A DNA stretch of 57,544 bases from an uncultured Eubacteriales bacterium (GTDB lineage: Bacteria; Bacillota; Clostridia; Lachnospirales; Lachnospiraceae). The stretch lies in NCBI GenBank assembly GCA_902803205.1, contig CADCOW010000100.1:1-57544 (forward strand), read 5' to 3'. The position numbers were made by a program, and so were the translations under genes. Positions within the stretch are counted from its first letter, which is position 1. Each line of letters begins with the position of its first letter. Positions 28,501-43,500 of this stretch are shown piece by piece. The notes below the pieces were generated by a model. That model saw nothing but the letters and a program-made list of their open reading frames with translations. It did not search any database and was not told where the DNA came from.

Positions 28501-31500
28501 ACAGTAGCATATAAAAAAGTTTCTGCTACAGCTATACAAGGTGGAGAAAATAATGCAGATGTTGTATCAGTTACAAATGTAAAAGTAGAAGATATATTCT
28601 CAAATGTTCACGACAAGATACAATTTACAGGATATAATGATGATGCAGCAGCATTTATAAGATCAACAGCATCTTATGTATTTATGGGTAATGTAAAAGC
28701 TACAGGACTTGTAGGTGCACAAGGTGGACTTATGAAAGTAGGAGATGCAGAACTCTTACATGTAAGAGGCTGCGAATTTAAAGATAATAAAGCATTTAAA
28801 GGTGCTTGCTTCAATGTTCGCTTTAAGAAAGATACAGATGCCATAGTAAATGGTTCAGCAAATGGAACTAATAGAGGTGTATTTATCTATGACAATACTT
28901 TTGAGAACAATGCCTATGCATTCTTTGATAGAGATGATGAAAACCCATATACTTTTGGTAGATATACATTTGCAAAAACTCACTATTATAAAGTTGATGG
29001 TACAGGATTATTAAAAGAGAGAATAACAACTGGATTTAATAATACTGATGATGGAACAGGTGCTGGTTATACAAGAGCAAATGATTCTAAACCAAAGACA
29101 AGTGGAACTTATGAAACTTATCAATATCAAAATCTTGGATATGAAAAGACTACATATAATTATGACAAGACTGAAGCAAATGGACTTGTACTTGTCGATA
29201 ATGTGGGTATTGGATATTATAATGATACTGCTATAAGCATAGAAGGTAATAGCATAAAGAATAATATGCCATATGATTTATGTGGTGCTTTCCATGTATC
29301 TTTAAGCAATTCACTTTCAAGCAGTGTACCTGGAAGAGCTGGTAAGGATGCGATAAATATAGATGTATTTAGAAATACTATAGAGAATAACTGTCAATAT
29401 AAATCATCAAAGAATGATGGTGATGTAGCAGCAGGGCTCACTATATCTATGAACCCAGATGGATATGCTGACCATAGAACAGTAAGATATGAAGAAGCAT
29501 ATAAGATGAGTTCAAATTCAGAAGCTGAATCTTATCAAAAAGCAATATATGAAAATGGTGAATATGGTGTAGCTGGCAGACTTGATTTCTATAGCAACTT
29601 AGTTTATGACAATTACAATATGTCACCAAACCCAGCAGGTATATCTATAAGAAATATAAAAGAAGTACATATTAATAATAAAAAAGACCCTGGAATAATA
29701 TCAGGACATACAGAAGGAGCTACAAGAACTTTAGATGCTCGTACAAATGCAGCAAAGCATAATTATACTTCTGGTGGTGGTGCAGCATTTGAGTTTATGA
29801 GAAATGGAAAAACAAGAGTTTATAATATGCTCTTTGAAGAAAATGAAGCTGTTACTAAAGGTGGAGCAGTATATATAAATGGTGAACAAGATATAGAATT
29901 TGTAAATGAAGGAACAAAAGAAAATCCTACAGTTACATTTAAGAATAATATAGCAAGAACTTTCGGTGGAGCAGTATATGCTTCAGATTCAAATATGATA
30001 AAATTCACAAAAGTAGATTTTACAAACAACTATCTCTTATCAGGTAGTCGTTGGGTAACTACTATGGGTCTTGCTGACTACTATACAAACTGGTTCTACG
30101 GATATCAACAAGGTTCTATAAGAAAGACATTACCAAAAGAAATGGTAGATAAATCAAAAACTTTATTTGATAAGATAGTTGAATCAAGTGTTGATATGCC
30201 ATTTGCAAGTAGCACATATCTTGGACAATACTATTATGTAAAAGATGAAGATGCTACATATATATGCACACAATCTGATGCAACTTATAAATGGAGTCAG
30301 CTTGATGATGCTTGGACATACTATGAAGAGACAAGAAAATCAGCAGCTCGTGGTTTTGTTGAGCCATATCTTTTCGCAGATACAGGTAAGGGTGTATATG
30401 TAAAGAGAGGATCTACAGAGACTATTGATGATATGTTTGCAGGAAGTGCTGCGCTTGATGGAACTAATGTAATAGATAAACAAAAAATAGGAACTTATGA
30501 TTTGACTACAGGTGCAATTGGTGGAAAAGTAGTTAATATGGGTAAAGGTGGTGCTATAGCACTTGTAAGTAGTTTAGATACAAAACTCATATTTGATAAT
30601 TGTGATATAAAAGATAATATATCTTCATTTACTGGTGGTGCAATTTATGCAAATACTGAAAAAGGACTTATAAGTATATCAGGAAATGAAGCATCAAGAT
30701 CTGAAGTATCTGGCAACCTTGCTGGACGTTCAGGTGGATTTATGATGATTGAAAATACAAGAGCTTCATTTTCATATGTAAATGTTGAGAGAAACCATGC
30801 AGAACAAGGTGGTGCTATATTTACATTCACAGACCCTGATAAGCATTATAGAGAAGAAGATTCGGAACTTTATATCTATAAGACAGATATAGTTGAAAAT
30901 GGATTCTTGACTGATGCTGATAAGACTCCACATGAAGATTATGTAGAACCAAAAGAGAATTATAATTTCTCATATTTTGGAGATACATCTACAGGAAGAG
31001 AAGCAGTAGCTGATAAAGGTGAAATTAAAACTGATGGTCATAACTACACAGATATCAATAATGAAGCAAAACATACTATACATAATGCAACCGATAAGTC
31101 TGACTGGGTAAAGATTATGAAGACTGGAAATGCTGATGCAGGTGATAGTGGTACAGCATTTAATTCAGGTGGTGCAATTTATACTTATGCTTCACAAGTT
31201 AAATTTGATACAGGTGCTTATGTAGCAAAAAATGAAAATACTTTATATAGTATAGCTGGTTCAACTATACTTACAAGACAGACAACTAACCATGACTTAA
31301 ATACAAAAGAAGAAGAAATAACATTTGAACAAAATAGAGGACAATATGTATTTGGACACTTCTCTACATTTAAGGCTCGTTTCCAATTCTACGGTGGTAA
31401 GATTGTAAATAACGAACTTGATGAGAAGGCTGTTTCAGATGCAAAATATGATTATATAGATTCAGTAGAAAGAAAGATGGGTGGAAAGACTGTAAAGATT

Positions 31501-34500
31501 TATACAGCCTATGCCCTTTCAGACTTCAAGAAAGCAGAGGAAAGATCTATAGTTCTTGGTGGTAACATCATGATTAAAGACAACAAAGAAGGAACCAAGG
31601 TTAAGAACTTAGCACTTGAAGAAGGTGAACAAGATAGAAATTATAAATTTGAATTGTCAAAAGATCAGACACTTCATAAAAATGCAGAGATTTATTTAAC
31701 TCCACAAAGTCCAAATGGTATGAGATATCAATTATTCGGTAACTCAAAAGACACTTGGGAAGAGGAGTTAGTAGATAGAGCAGATAGAACAGCAAGAGGA
31801 GAAGCATGGTCAAACAATGGTTTATGGACTGATGAATGGGTAGCAAGTAGATCTGAAGGTGCTGTTGTACAAAATATATTCAAAAATGACTTTGCAGATG
31901 ACCCAATGGATGGCCGTGTAATTTATACTGCAAGAAATGTGGCTAATAACTCATCAGGTAAAGCACCAGATGAAGCTGGTTATGTTCAAGGTGATACTCC
32001 AGACTTTGGACAGATTTATCTTGAAGACCCAAATAACTTAATATCAATGAAATTTGAACTTTATGATTTAGATGAAAATGGAAATCATAGATATTCATCA
32101 CAACTTGAGACACAGTACTTCTCTCGTGGTTCAAGAGTGCAATCACCACTTTCTGATAGCCGTGAGACTATGAAGTTCAGTACTGATTCATCTATAAGAC
32201 TTATCGACTTGGTAGGATACTTAGGTTCAGAAAATTCAAAGAGATTTGCAGTATGGGATTATTCTTATCAGATTACTAAAGGTGATACTCCTATAAGAGT
32301 AGTAGATGAAAATAAATTAGTTCGTATCGCTGGAGAAGATGATACTTATAATGTTCAGACATTATATGCTATAAATGCTATGACTAACCATAGACATAAG
32401 ATTTGTGGTACTCCTATAGGTGTCCCATGTAATCACCCAGATGGTTCAACTCACGATAGCGAACAATATTATTATGGTGATGATGGAATAGATAATTTAC
32501 AAGAAGTAAGTAGAAAAGATTATGATGAGCCTGATTATGTAGAAGGTGGACATTTATCTATCGAAGTTTCTACACTTTCACAACTCATGTATGCAAGAAA
32601 GCATCCAGAGTATATGTATGTACTTACAAATGATTTGATTATAGAAAAATCTTGGTGGAATAGAGAGATAAATGGAATAATAAATGATACTTCTAAACCA
32701 TTAAAGAACTTAAAACTTTGCTTAAATGGTCATAATATATTTATAAATGACAATAGACAACTTGCCACATTCTTTGGCGATAATTGTTATATATGTAACT
32801 GCCAAGAGAAGGAAGTTAATATACATTATAATTATGATACAAGCACCAGCCACAACTATTATCCAAATACAACTGGTGCAGGATATGTATTTAATATAGT
32901 AAATAGTGGAACTAATAATACTAACTTAAATATCTATGGTAATGATAATGGTCATATAGTTATAGATGGATTATATATGTATAATACTAATAATTCACTT
33001 ATGAACTTATCAAATAATGATAAACTCAGTATGGCAAATGTTGACTTTAAGAATATTGGAAGAAATGGAACATTCGGTAATCCATCACTTCTTTCAACTA
33101 CACTCTTAGATTTGCCTGGTGATGCTTATATATCTACAGTATCATTTACAAATGTTCACCAGACATTACTTTCAACTAACCCAGGTTCAACAGACCATAA
33201 GATGGGTCAAGGTATCATAAGATTATATGATTACAATGAAGAAAATAAGAATTTAACTTATGCAAAGACTCAAATACTTAAGAATGTAACATTTGAAAAT
33301 GTATCAGTAGATAAACAATATAGTGCAATAATAGTATCTAACCTTAAGAATGATGGCTCACAATTTGATGTAGAAAATGTATCTATAGCAACAGCTTCAA
33401 TAAAAGGTAGAGCAGCAATAGCACTTTCACAAGCAGATGGTTATTATAAAGGTAATGTAACTATAAAGAATAGCACATTCTCTAATGTAAATGCACCTGT
33501 AGATAAAGTAACTACTGGTTATACTGGTGGTGCTATATATGTAGGAGGTTTACTTGGAAAACTTACTATAGAAAATAACTACTTCTATTCTTGTGGTGTT
33601 AAAGATGATAGCATTTCTTATGTAAAAGCACTTAATGGTGGTGCTATCTACATAGGTGATACTGATATATTAAGCTCAGCTCCAGGTTATAAGGGACAAT
33701 CTGTTGACCCAATAGATATAATAAACAATACATTTATTAATAATAATGGTGGAAATGGTGGAGCACTCTATATGAAGAATGTTCCAGATACAAACTTACT
33801 TAACAATATATTTGAAGAGAATATTGCTAATATGGGTTCTGCTGTTTACCATGAAAATACTAATAAGGCTTGTAGGCAAGGTTCTGTTGATGCATCAAAT
33901 AATACATTTACAAACAATGGTACTATAGATACAGCCAATAAAGTAACTACAAAAGGAACTTACTATATAAGACTTCCAAAACAAGAAGGAAAACCAGCAA
34001 CAACATATACATTTACTAACTTTAAAGCAGTAGGAAATGAGGGTGCTACATCAGTATTATATGCTGACTATCTTGATAAAGATAATGTAGTTCTCTTTAA
34101 AGGTGATACACTTATGACAGATAATATAGGTGGACCAGTTGTATCTATTTATAACTCGCTTGGTGGAACAAATGCAGGTTATATAAGATTTACAGAAAAT
34201 ACAAAGATAGCATCTAACTCAACAGGAACACTCTGGGCTATCTACTCAAATAAAGATTGTGTAATCAATGTTCAATTTGCAGGAGTTGTTACTGTATCTG
34301 AAAATAAGACAAATGGAAATACTGAAGCTAATATTTATGCTTCACAGCGTATTAGAACAGGTGTAGTGCCAGGTATGAAACTTGATGGACTTAATTCATT
34401 ACTTTACTATTCAACTGATACAGACCAAGCTATAATTGAGTGGGCAACTTCATCTATAGCAGGATTTGATACACCAGGACTTTACCTTGAAGATCATATA

Positions 34501-37500
34501 AAACCAGATAATGAATATCCTACAAGTCAATTCGTAATTTACAAGACAAATGAACCTGGTTCAGAATATACTGTATATATTGGTAAGAGAACTGATGCAG
34601 TTGTTATAAGAGGTTATTTGACTTCTACTATATCTACTGCTAAGAAGATGCTTGCAAAACGAAATGCAAGAGATGTATATATGGATAACTTTGCAACACC
34701 TACAGAAGCTCTTGCAGAATTAAGACTTACTCAGCCTCAATATAATAATTATGAATTTGGTGGTTGGATAATCAAAAATTCAGTAGGCGAATTTGAGACA
34801 CTTAATTATGGTAAGACAAAAATCAATGTAGATGATGAGATTACTCTTGATGCATACTGGATAACTAAAACTCATGACCATAAGTCATGTGGTTGTGATA
34901 AAGGAACTCCTTGTGTACACGGAACTCCTGATGATGAGACTTGGATAGGTGCATTTAGAGAATCAGTTCTTGGTATAAATAATAGTGCAAACTACTTGAT
35001 ACTTGAAGATATGGAATTAACAAAGACTATTACTGACCCTAAGAAGGGATATACTATTTGCTTAAATGGACATACTATAACAAGAAATATAAATAGTACA
35101 GCTATGACAAGCCTTGTAAATATTACAGGCACAGCACCTTATGAAACTGGATTTAACTTAATTAACTGTAAGAATAAGACAGCTACTGTAAGATTTACAG
35201 GTAGTGGTAAGTCAAGTTATCCACTTATAAAAGTAGTTAATAATGATTATGCTTCTACAAGTATAATTATGAAGAATTTTGAAATTAATAGTATAAAGAC
35301 TCAACAAAGTGAAGAAGGATGTATAGTAAATGCTTCTGGAGTAGACTTGACTTGGGAAAATATTACTCTTGATAAATCAGAAGTTATAAATAAAGCATTA
35401 TTAAATATGACAAATAGTAAGACAAATATCATTGGTAATGAGACTAATATGGATAGAACTTCGTTTGACTTCCCAGGTGGATATTATCTTGGTAGTGAAG
35501 GATTACTTGTATTTAATGGTGGTGAAGTTGAATTTAATTATGTAAAACTTAGCAATACAAGAGTTCCTCAAAGAGAAGGATTAATCAACTTAAAGAATCT
35601 TAAGTCATTTAAAGTTAATAATTCAAGATTTGAAAACAATGAAAATAATGTAAGCTATTCAGCAGTATTTAATGTGCAAGATGTGAAGTATGCATCAATT
35701 TCAAATACTTCTATGATAAACAACTATACAGGAAGAAGTGGAGGTGTATTCTATATTGCTAACTTAACTACTGCATCAACAATCAACATAGTGGATTCAG
35801 ATCTTTATGGCAATAGAGCAACTGAAGATGGCTCATCTATTTACTATAGAAATGAAGAAGCTGGTAATAAGTTGATAATTAATATCGTAGATACAAGAAT
35901 AGCTAACAATACCGCTCGTGGAGTTCAAAATGGTGGTGGAGCAATCTCATTATTCACAAAGACTGGTATAGTAGAGACTGAAATGACTGAACTTAATATA
36001 AAAGTAACAGATGCAAATAAAGCCCCAATAAATGACACTACTGCACGTGTAAGACAATTCAGAGAAAACAAATCAGGTGCAAATGGTGGATTTATCTATG
36101 CTAAAGATGCAATTATAACTATTGAATCAACTGACACAAGTCTTACATCATCAGACAAGGCATTAGAATTTGTATCTAATGATGCTGGTAATGGTGCAAA
36201 TGGTGGTACATTCTATCTTGAAAGATCTATACTTAACTTAAAAGCAGCTACTGGTTTTGTAAATGCTATAGATAATAAAACTGTATTAAATGGTAAAGGT
36301 TCATTCATCTATTCAGCAGGTACTGATAAAGTAGGAAATGAATCAAGCCATAAAGATGGAGTATACTTAAAGAATGTAACTGTAGAAAGAGGTACAGCTC
36401 TTAGTGTAAATGATTCATTACATGGTTTAGTTGCTATTGGACCATATAGCGATTTGAAACTTGATGGTGTAGTTAAGATTGGTGAAGATACTACAGGAAC
36501 TACTGTACCTGTACATAATGGTTTATATGAATTTACAAATGGTGCAGATGACCTTACTATCAATGTAACTAAAGCAAGTAGATCACTTGCAGATACATTT
36601 GATTATGGTGTAGTAGGAACTCCTACAAGTAAGATTTATGCAACTACAGAATATAAAGACTTCTATGTAATTGGACATTATACAGACCATGATAGAGCAG
36701 GTGGTATGAAGGTTAATCAAGTATTTTTTAAAGATAGTGGATATGATTCAGAATATCTTGTATCTCGTGCTGGAGCTATGAACAACAGAATAGTAATCAT
36801 AAGTAATACATCAGGTATTGTAAGATTTGATATAGGTAGCAATGCTACAATTAAATATAAAGATAATGGTGGATTAGATATAACGAGAGATCAAATGCTT
36901 GAAAATACTCAAACTATCCCATTTGATACAGGTGCTACACTTGATGATATATTCTATACAGGAGCAACTGCACCAGATAAAGCAGGATATGATTTCAAAG
37001 GTTGGGTAACAACTATTTGGGATGAAGTAAATAGTGAATATAAAATTGCAAACTTTGATTTTACAAATTCACTTGCTTACTTACCATCTCCACAAACTGA
37101 ACTTAATGTATATGCAGTATGGGCACCTAATGGAGAAAATAAAATAGAAGTAGAGCATTTTGAACAATTATACTTTATAGACAATACCTCTATATCACCA
37201 AATGAATACAATTATAAATTAAGCTCAAGCTTACTAGATGGCAAACTTATCGCTTCAAGATCAGATATAGAAGCTATGGCTCCATTTAATAAGGGTGGAA
37301 ATTACAGGATGATATTAGACTTAAATGGTAAAACACTTGAAATTCAACAAGACATCACTTCATTTAATGATGACAGTTATAGAGCAAGATTTGAAATTAA
37401 AAATGGAACTATAAAGTATAATAGTGCAAAAGCAAAAGAGCATCCTATGTTTACTGGCTCACTTCTTAAACTTGAAGGAGTAAATATAGAAGAGTTTAAT

Positions 37501-40500
37501 ATGAAGGGAAGTGTATTTGCTGACATTAAAGGTGATGGAACTAATGCAAATCAAGGTTTACATTTGAAAGCATATTCAAATTTAGGTCTTGTAAAACCTA
37601 CTAACATAGAAAGAAATGTCAACATAACATTTAGAACTAATGCTGATGGTCTTGAAATTGGAGAAAACACACACTTTAGCTATAACTCTGCAAAAGATGG
37701 TGTTACTGACTATTCACTTAAAGATTATCCACTTATTTACTTAACAGCACCAAAGAATGGCACATATAAGAGTAAGATAGAGGGATCAAGTTTCGACTTT
37801 AATACATATATTTATTCATATATTATGACAGAAATGTCTATGGCAGAAGTAGATTATACACTTGATATAACAAATTCAGAATTCCGTACTTCATTACTTA
37901 CTGGTGAGAAGTTTATAAAAGGTTATCCAGGCGCTGCTGAAGATTTGAATGCAATAATCAAGACTGTTCATAAGTCAAGTGCTTCAACAATAGGTAAGTA
38001 TAGAATTAGTAATGTTGACTTTATAACTGGTGATATGAATGTATTTAACTCTATAATTGATGCATATGATACTTCACTTGAGATAGAAAATATGCACTTT
38101 GATAACTTAAAAGCAGTTCAAAATATCATAGCTCAAGATGCACCAACAAAAGCAGCAACACTTATAGCAACTTCTTCTACATTTAACAATAATAAACTTA
38201 ATAACCATAGAGGTAGTGTGGTTATAATGAGAAGAAAAGCAAATACAGTTGTTGATAGATTTACTGATGTAGAGATAAAAGATAACTCTTCAACTTATGC
38301 TATGGCAGCTTATGCAGTAAATAGTAGTGTATTTACTTATCCAGCATACAGCTTCAATGGCGAGATTATAGTAAAAAATAATAAACATGAGAATATACTT
38401 AATAATAGAGGAACTGGTGATATAGTAATACCACAATTTACATCAGGAGAACAAGTACTTGCATTTAATACAGTTGGCAATAAGCCTATAACAACTACTT
38501 CAGAAATATCACTTTATAGACAAACTGTAGTAGATGGAGATTTGGTTGCAGATAAGACTTGGACACCACAAGTTCATGACCATACTACAGAAAGAATATT
38601 TACTATGAAAGATTCAAATGGTGTAAGTGATTATGTAGTTTATAGAGATGGTATATCACTTAGAGTTGCTAAGACAAGTTCTACACTTTATAAGACTATT
38701 ACATTTAACCTTAACAATGGAACAGATACTATAACAAATGAAGATATAGTTGTTAATACTCAGTATATAGCAGAGGGAACATATGTTGATGAACCTGTTG
38801 AGCCTATAAATGCAGCAGGGTATGCATTTGGTGGTTGGTATATTGTAGATACTAATACTCCAAATAAATATATAAGATATGATTTCACAAATACAACTTC
38901 TGATGATTATAGAATGTGGAGTGCTACAAGAAGTGAACTCTATGCTATGTGGACAAATAAACAAATTTATTTGACAGTTTATAGTAATGATAATGGACAT
39001 CCAAAATCAGATGCTTCAGTTATATTCGCACACACTAACCCTTATAAGGCTTACTTCAAAGTTCCTATGGGTGGAAAATTATCAGATGCAGTAGAGATAA
39101 GGAAATATGTACCTACAGCTTATGACCCTACAACACTTGCACCAACAGAAGGTGCTTGGGATTCTTGGGATGCTACAAGTGAATTTACTCGTGGCGGTCT
39201 TACTGATGCAGGCTGGTTTGATAAGAATGGCTGGAACGATGGAGCAAATGATGGAGCAGATGGCTGGGGCAATGAATGGAATAGAGTAGAGTCTATGTTC
39301 CTTATAGATAATGATAAACATAGTGAAACACTTGCAGATGGTAACTTGTTCGTTAAGTGGAGAGGTGCACTTATTGATATTAATTACAACTTAAATGATG
39401 CAAGTGAAGGCAGTGGTTCAACACTTGCTACATATAGTAGTGTAGGTGTTGCAACTCAGTCATATTATAATGACACTGTAGGTTCAGCAGAGTATAAACT
39501 TCCAGTGCCTACAAGAGTTGGTTATGAGTTTAATGGTTGGTATTCTGATGCCACACTTACAAATAAAGTAGAAAATGAAACAATATTCACTTGGACAACA
39601 GCACCAGTATTCTATGCTAAGTGGACAGCTATCAAATACACTATATCATATGTGACAGAACCTGGTGATGATACAACAGGTAAGACAAATGAAAATAAAG
39701 ATGATGAGTTTAAGTTTGATGAAGCAAAAAATTTAGCAAGAAATGGATATAAGATGGTAGGTCACAACTTCAAGTGGTGGGTAGCTACTGATTCAGAGAC
39801 TGGAATTGTAGCAACATACTCTGATATGCAAAATGTAATTAACTTAGCTACTATATCTGATACAAATATTAAACTTGCTGCAAGATGGCAAGCACAAGAG
39901 ACAAAGATGAAATTTATCTTAAATGATACTAAAGGTTCTAACACTGCTACAATGAGTGAGTCTCTTGCATCTAAGTCAGTAACTTATGGCAAGGAAATTG
40001 GTGAATTACCAGTGCCAGAAAGAAAAGGTTATAGATTTGCTGGTTGGTATAAGACAGTAAATTCAGCAAACAATGATAATGATGTAGATTTGATTAATGC
40101 TGATATGATATTCAATGAATCATTAAAATCTGGTTCTGCATTTGTTCCTGTAAAATCAGGAAATGTACAAGAAGTATCAGTATATGCAAGATGGGAAAAT
40201 AATATATATTCTATTAAGACTGAAAGTGGAGTAGCAGCAGATGATAAGTATCCTGTAAATAGTGGTGAAGACTATGAGTATGATTTAGCATTTGACTTCG
40301 CTGATAGTAATATAGGAAAAGAATATACAAGATTAAAACCAAAATTTGAAACTAAGGCTTCAAAGAAATATCAAAGAGATGGTTATAAATATCTTGGTTT
40401 GTATGCTACATATAGTGATACTGTAATATTCGCTGATAATAGAACTGAAAATGTAGAATTTACAAAAGGAAAACCATTATATAATTTAGGACTTAAGGAT

Positions 40501-43500
40501 ATTGCATCAGGCTCTAATATAGTATTTGTTGCATCTTGGTCAGAGTTGACATATAACTTGATTGTTAAGTCAGGTCATGAGATACTTGGAGAAGGTGTAA
40601 CATTTACAAATGTAAGTGATTATCCTGCTACTGTATCAGAGTTTAAGAATCTCAAATATACAGAAGAGTTTGTACTTAGCTCAAAAGCAACTCCTTATGA
40701 AATTGAAGGATATAAGTTTAATGGCTTTACTACTAAAGGATATGAGTTTGACTTTGATAGTGTATTAAGTGGTGCAACATTTAGTGATGTGATAAAGAAT
40801 AATGAAAATGTCACTATAACACTTGAAGGTCACTGGATAAGAAATCCATATACTGTAGTTTATAAGAATGCAAGAACTGAAGAAGAAGCAGCAAAAGTAT
40901 CTGGTAATCTTGCAGACCAAATCTTCTCAGTTGGTGAACCACAAGAACTTAGAAGTATAAGTAAACTTGTATATCCAGGACATACATTTGAATACTGGTA
41001 TGATGAAGGTTATGTAGAAGGTTCTGTAGGTAATAAAGCAACTTACTCTGATATAGAAAGAGTACAAGATATAAGAACTGACAGAGATGCAGTAGCTACA
41101 CTCTCAGCAGTATGGAGAGATAATGAATATAGTTTGATATTCAACGACAATGCTCCTGCAGGTACTACTGTAAGAGGTACAAAAGAAGCTATCAGAGATA
41201 TTAAGTACACAACTGAATTTGATATTGGTACTCCAGGATTTATAGTTGATGGATATAGAGCTACAAAGTTCACTAACCATGAAAAACTTGCTAAGTCAAA
41301 TCCAAAATATATAATTACTCCAAGTACGACAGAAGAAGTAAATATGGTTAAGGAATTAGTAGATGTAGATGGCACTGAACTTGAACTTTACTTACAATGG
41401 GAGCCAAATGAATATAAAGTTAAACTTGATTTGAATGATGGCAATTCTGAAACTAAGGCTGATCCATATATAAGTTCTATTTCACTTGCTTATAATAAAC
41501 AATTTAAATCACAACCTGAATATATGAATATAGTTAGAGGTGCTGCAGGTGCACCAACAAGACCAGGTTACAAGTTCTCTGGTTGGACAAAGACTCCAAA
41601 ACTTCCTACAGAGGAAGCAACAGAACTTGATAAGACTGAAATATTTAGACCAACTGAACTTGATATAAGTACATACTCAATGACTATCTATGCTTATTGG
41701 CAAGCACAACCATATACTATAACAGTAGATGCAAATACTATAGATGAAGTAGATGGTCATACAAAGAGTGTCAAAGGTGCAAAGACAGCTACAGTTAAGA
41801 AGGTACCTTATGATCAAAAGATAAATGATCCAAGCATACCAAGAGAACTTCCTATGTCTTACCTCGGAGGATATGAATTTACTCATTATGCTACAGCTTC
41901 TGAGTGGAGCGAAGGAATGATTAAGATAGATGGTGATACTATATTTAACTTTGAGGCTGGTCCAACTACAATTTATGCACAATATAAACCAATTAAATTT
42001 AAGATTCACTACTCAACAAATAGTGATGTAAATGTAGAAGGCAATATGCCAGATCAAAATATCACATATGCTGATGGAACAGAGTTTAGAGAGATAATTG
42101 AATCAAGTGAATCAACTACATTCAAGAAGAAAGGTTATACATTTGTCAACTGGACATATACTAACCCAGAGACACTTTACAATACTAAAGGTAAAACAAT
42201 AGTAAGAAAACCATATACATTTGACAATAAAGCTTCAGCTTCTCAAATAAGAGAATCAACTGGTAGTGTTGCTATAATGATTCCTAACTGGAAAGAACAC
42301 GAATATACTATTACATTTAGTCCAGCAACAGAGTCACTTGCAGCTTCAGGTCATCACGATTATACTGGTAGAGTAAATCCAATGACACTTAAGTATTCTC
42401 AAAATGCTAACTTACCAGATAGAGGATATAATATAACAGGTTACGATTTAGTAGCTTGGGTAGATGCAAATGATTCTTCAAAGAGATATGACCTTGGAGC
42501 ACCTATAAGTAAACTTGCTGGTGAAGAATATGGCGTAAAAGGTGAGAATAAAGAAATTAAGTTAAATGCTGTATGGCAAGCAAAAGAATTTGATATTACA
42601 TTTATAAGAAATGATGCAAGTCAAAACAACGGTTCAACTATAGCATCGCTTAGTGTAGCAGGTGTTGATATGGGACAAGCAGCATACACTATAAAAGCTA
42701 CTTATGATAGTGCATTCCCAGATTCAGTTGTATATAAGACTGTGCATGATTTGACAAAAGATATAATAGCTACAAGATCAGGATATGATTTCATTGGTTG
42801 GTCAACAGAACAAAATGTTGCATACATTGAAAGAGTAAATAAGACTGTAAAGGCTGATGCAGTATTCAAGAGTACATCAACTCTTCGTCTATATGCTATG
42901 TGGAAACCAAAAGAGGTAACTGCAAGACTTTATGTACAGACAAGAAACTTCGGAGTAACACCAAAGTGGACAACTGGAGCAAGAGTTGGTCAAGACGTAG
43001 ATGATACAAACCCAATAGAGCATACGTTATATTACGATCAACCATATAATAGATCAGAAACTCAAGGACTTGTAACTACTGCATTAGAATTACCAAGCAC
43101 AGTAGGATTTGACTTTGTAAGATATTTTGCACCAAGAGAAGCTTCAGAGTCTAACCCAACTGCAGAGTGGAGTAGTATCGGAAGAGAATCAGATGTGGAT
43201 AGAACAAAATTTGTAGATATAGATACAGAGGGTGCTGCAAGACTTGATACATTTGACTCACTTTATGAAGAAAATGGAAAATATTATATTAACCTCTATG
43301 GATTTTGGGAGGTAGGTGCTGTTAAACTTTATTTAGTATCTACTTACTCAAATGCTGATGGAAGCTCACCATATAGAAATAGTAGAGATGTAACTTATGG
43401 AGCAAGAGTAGGTTACTTATCAGATGGTACACTCAATCCATTGCCAGGCTACAATAATACTACAGGTCCAAGAAGACCAGGTTATGATTTCGTAAACTGG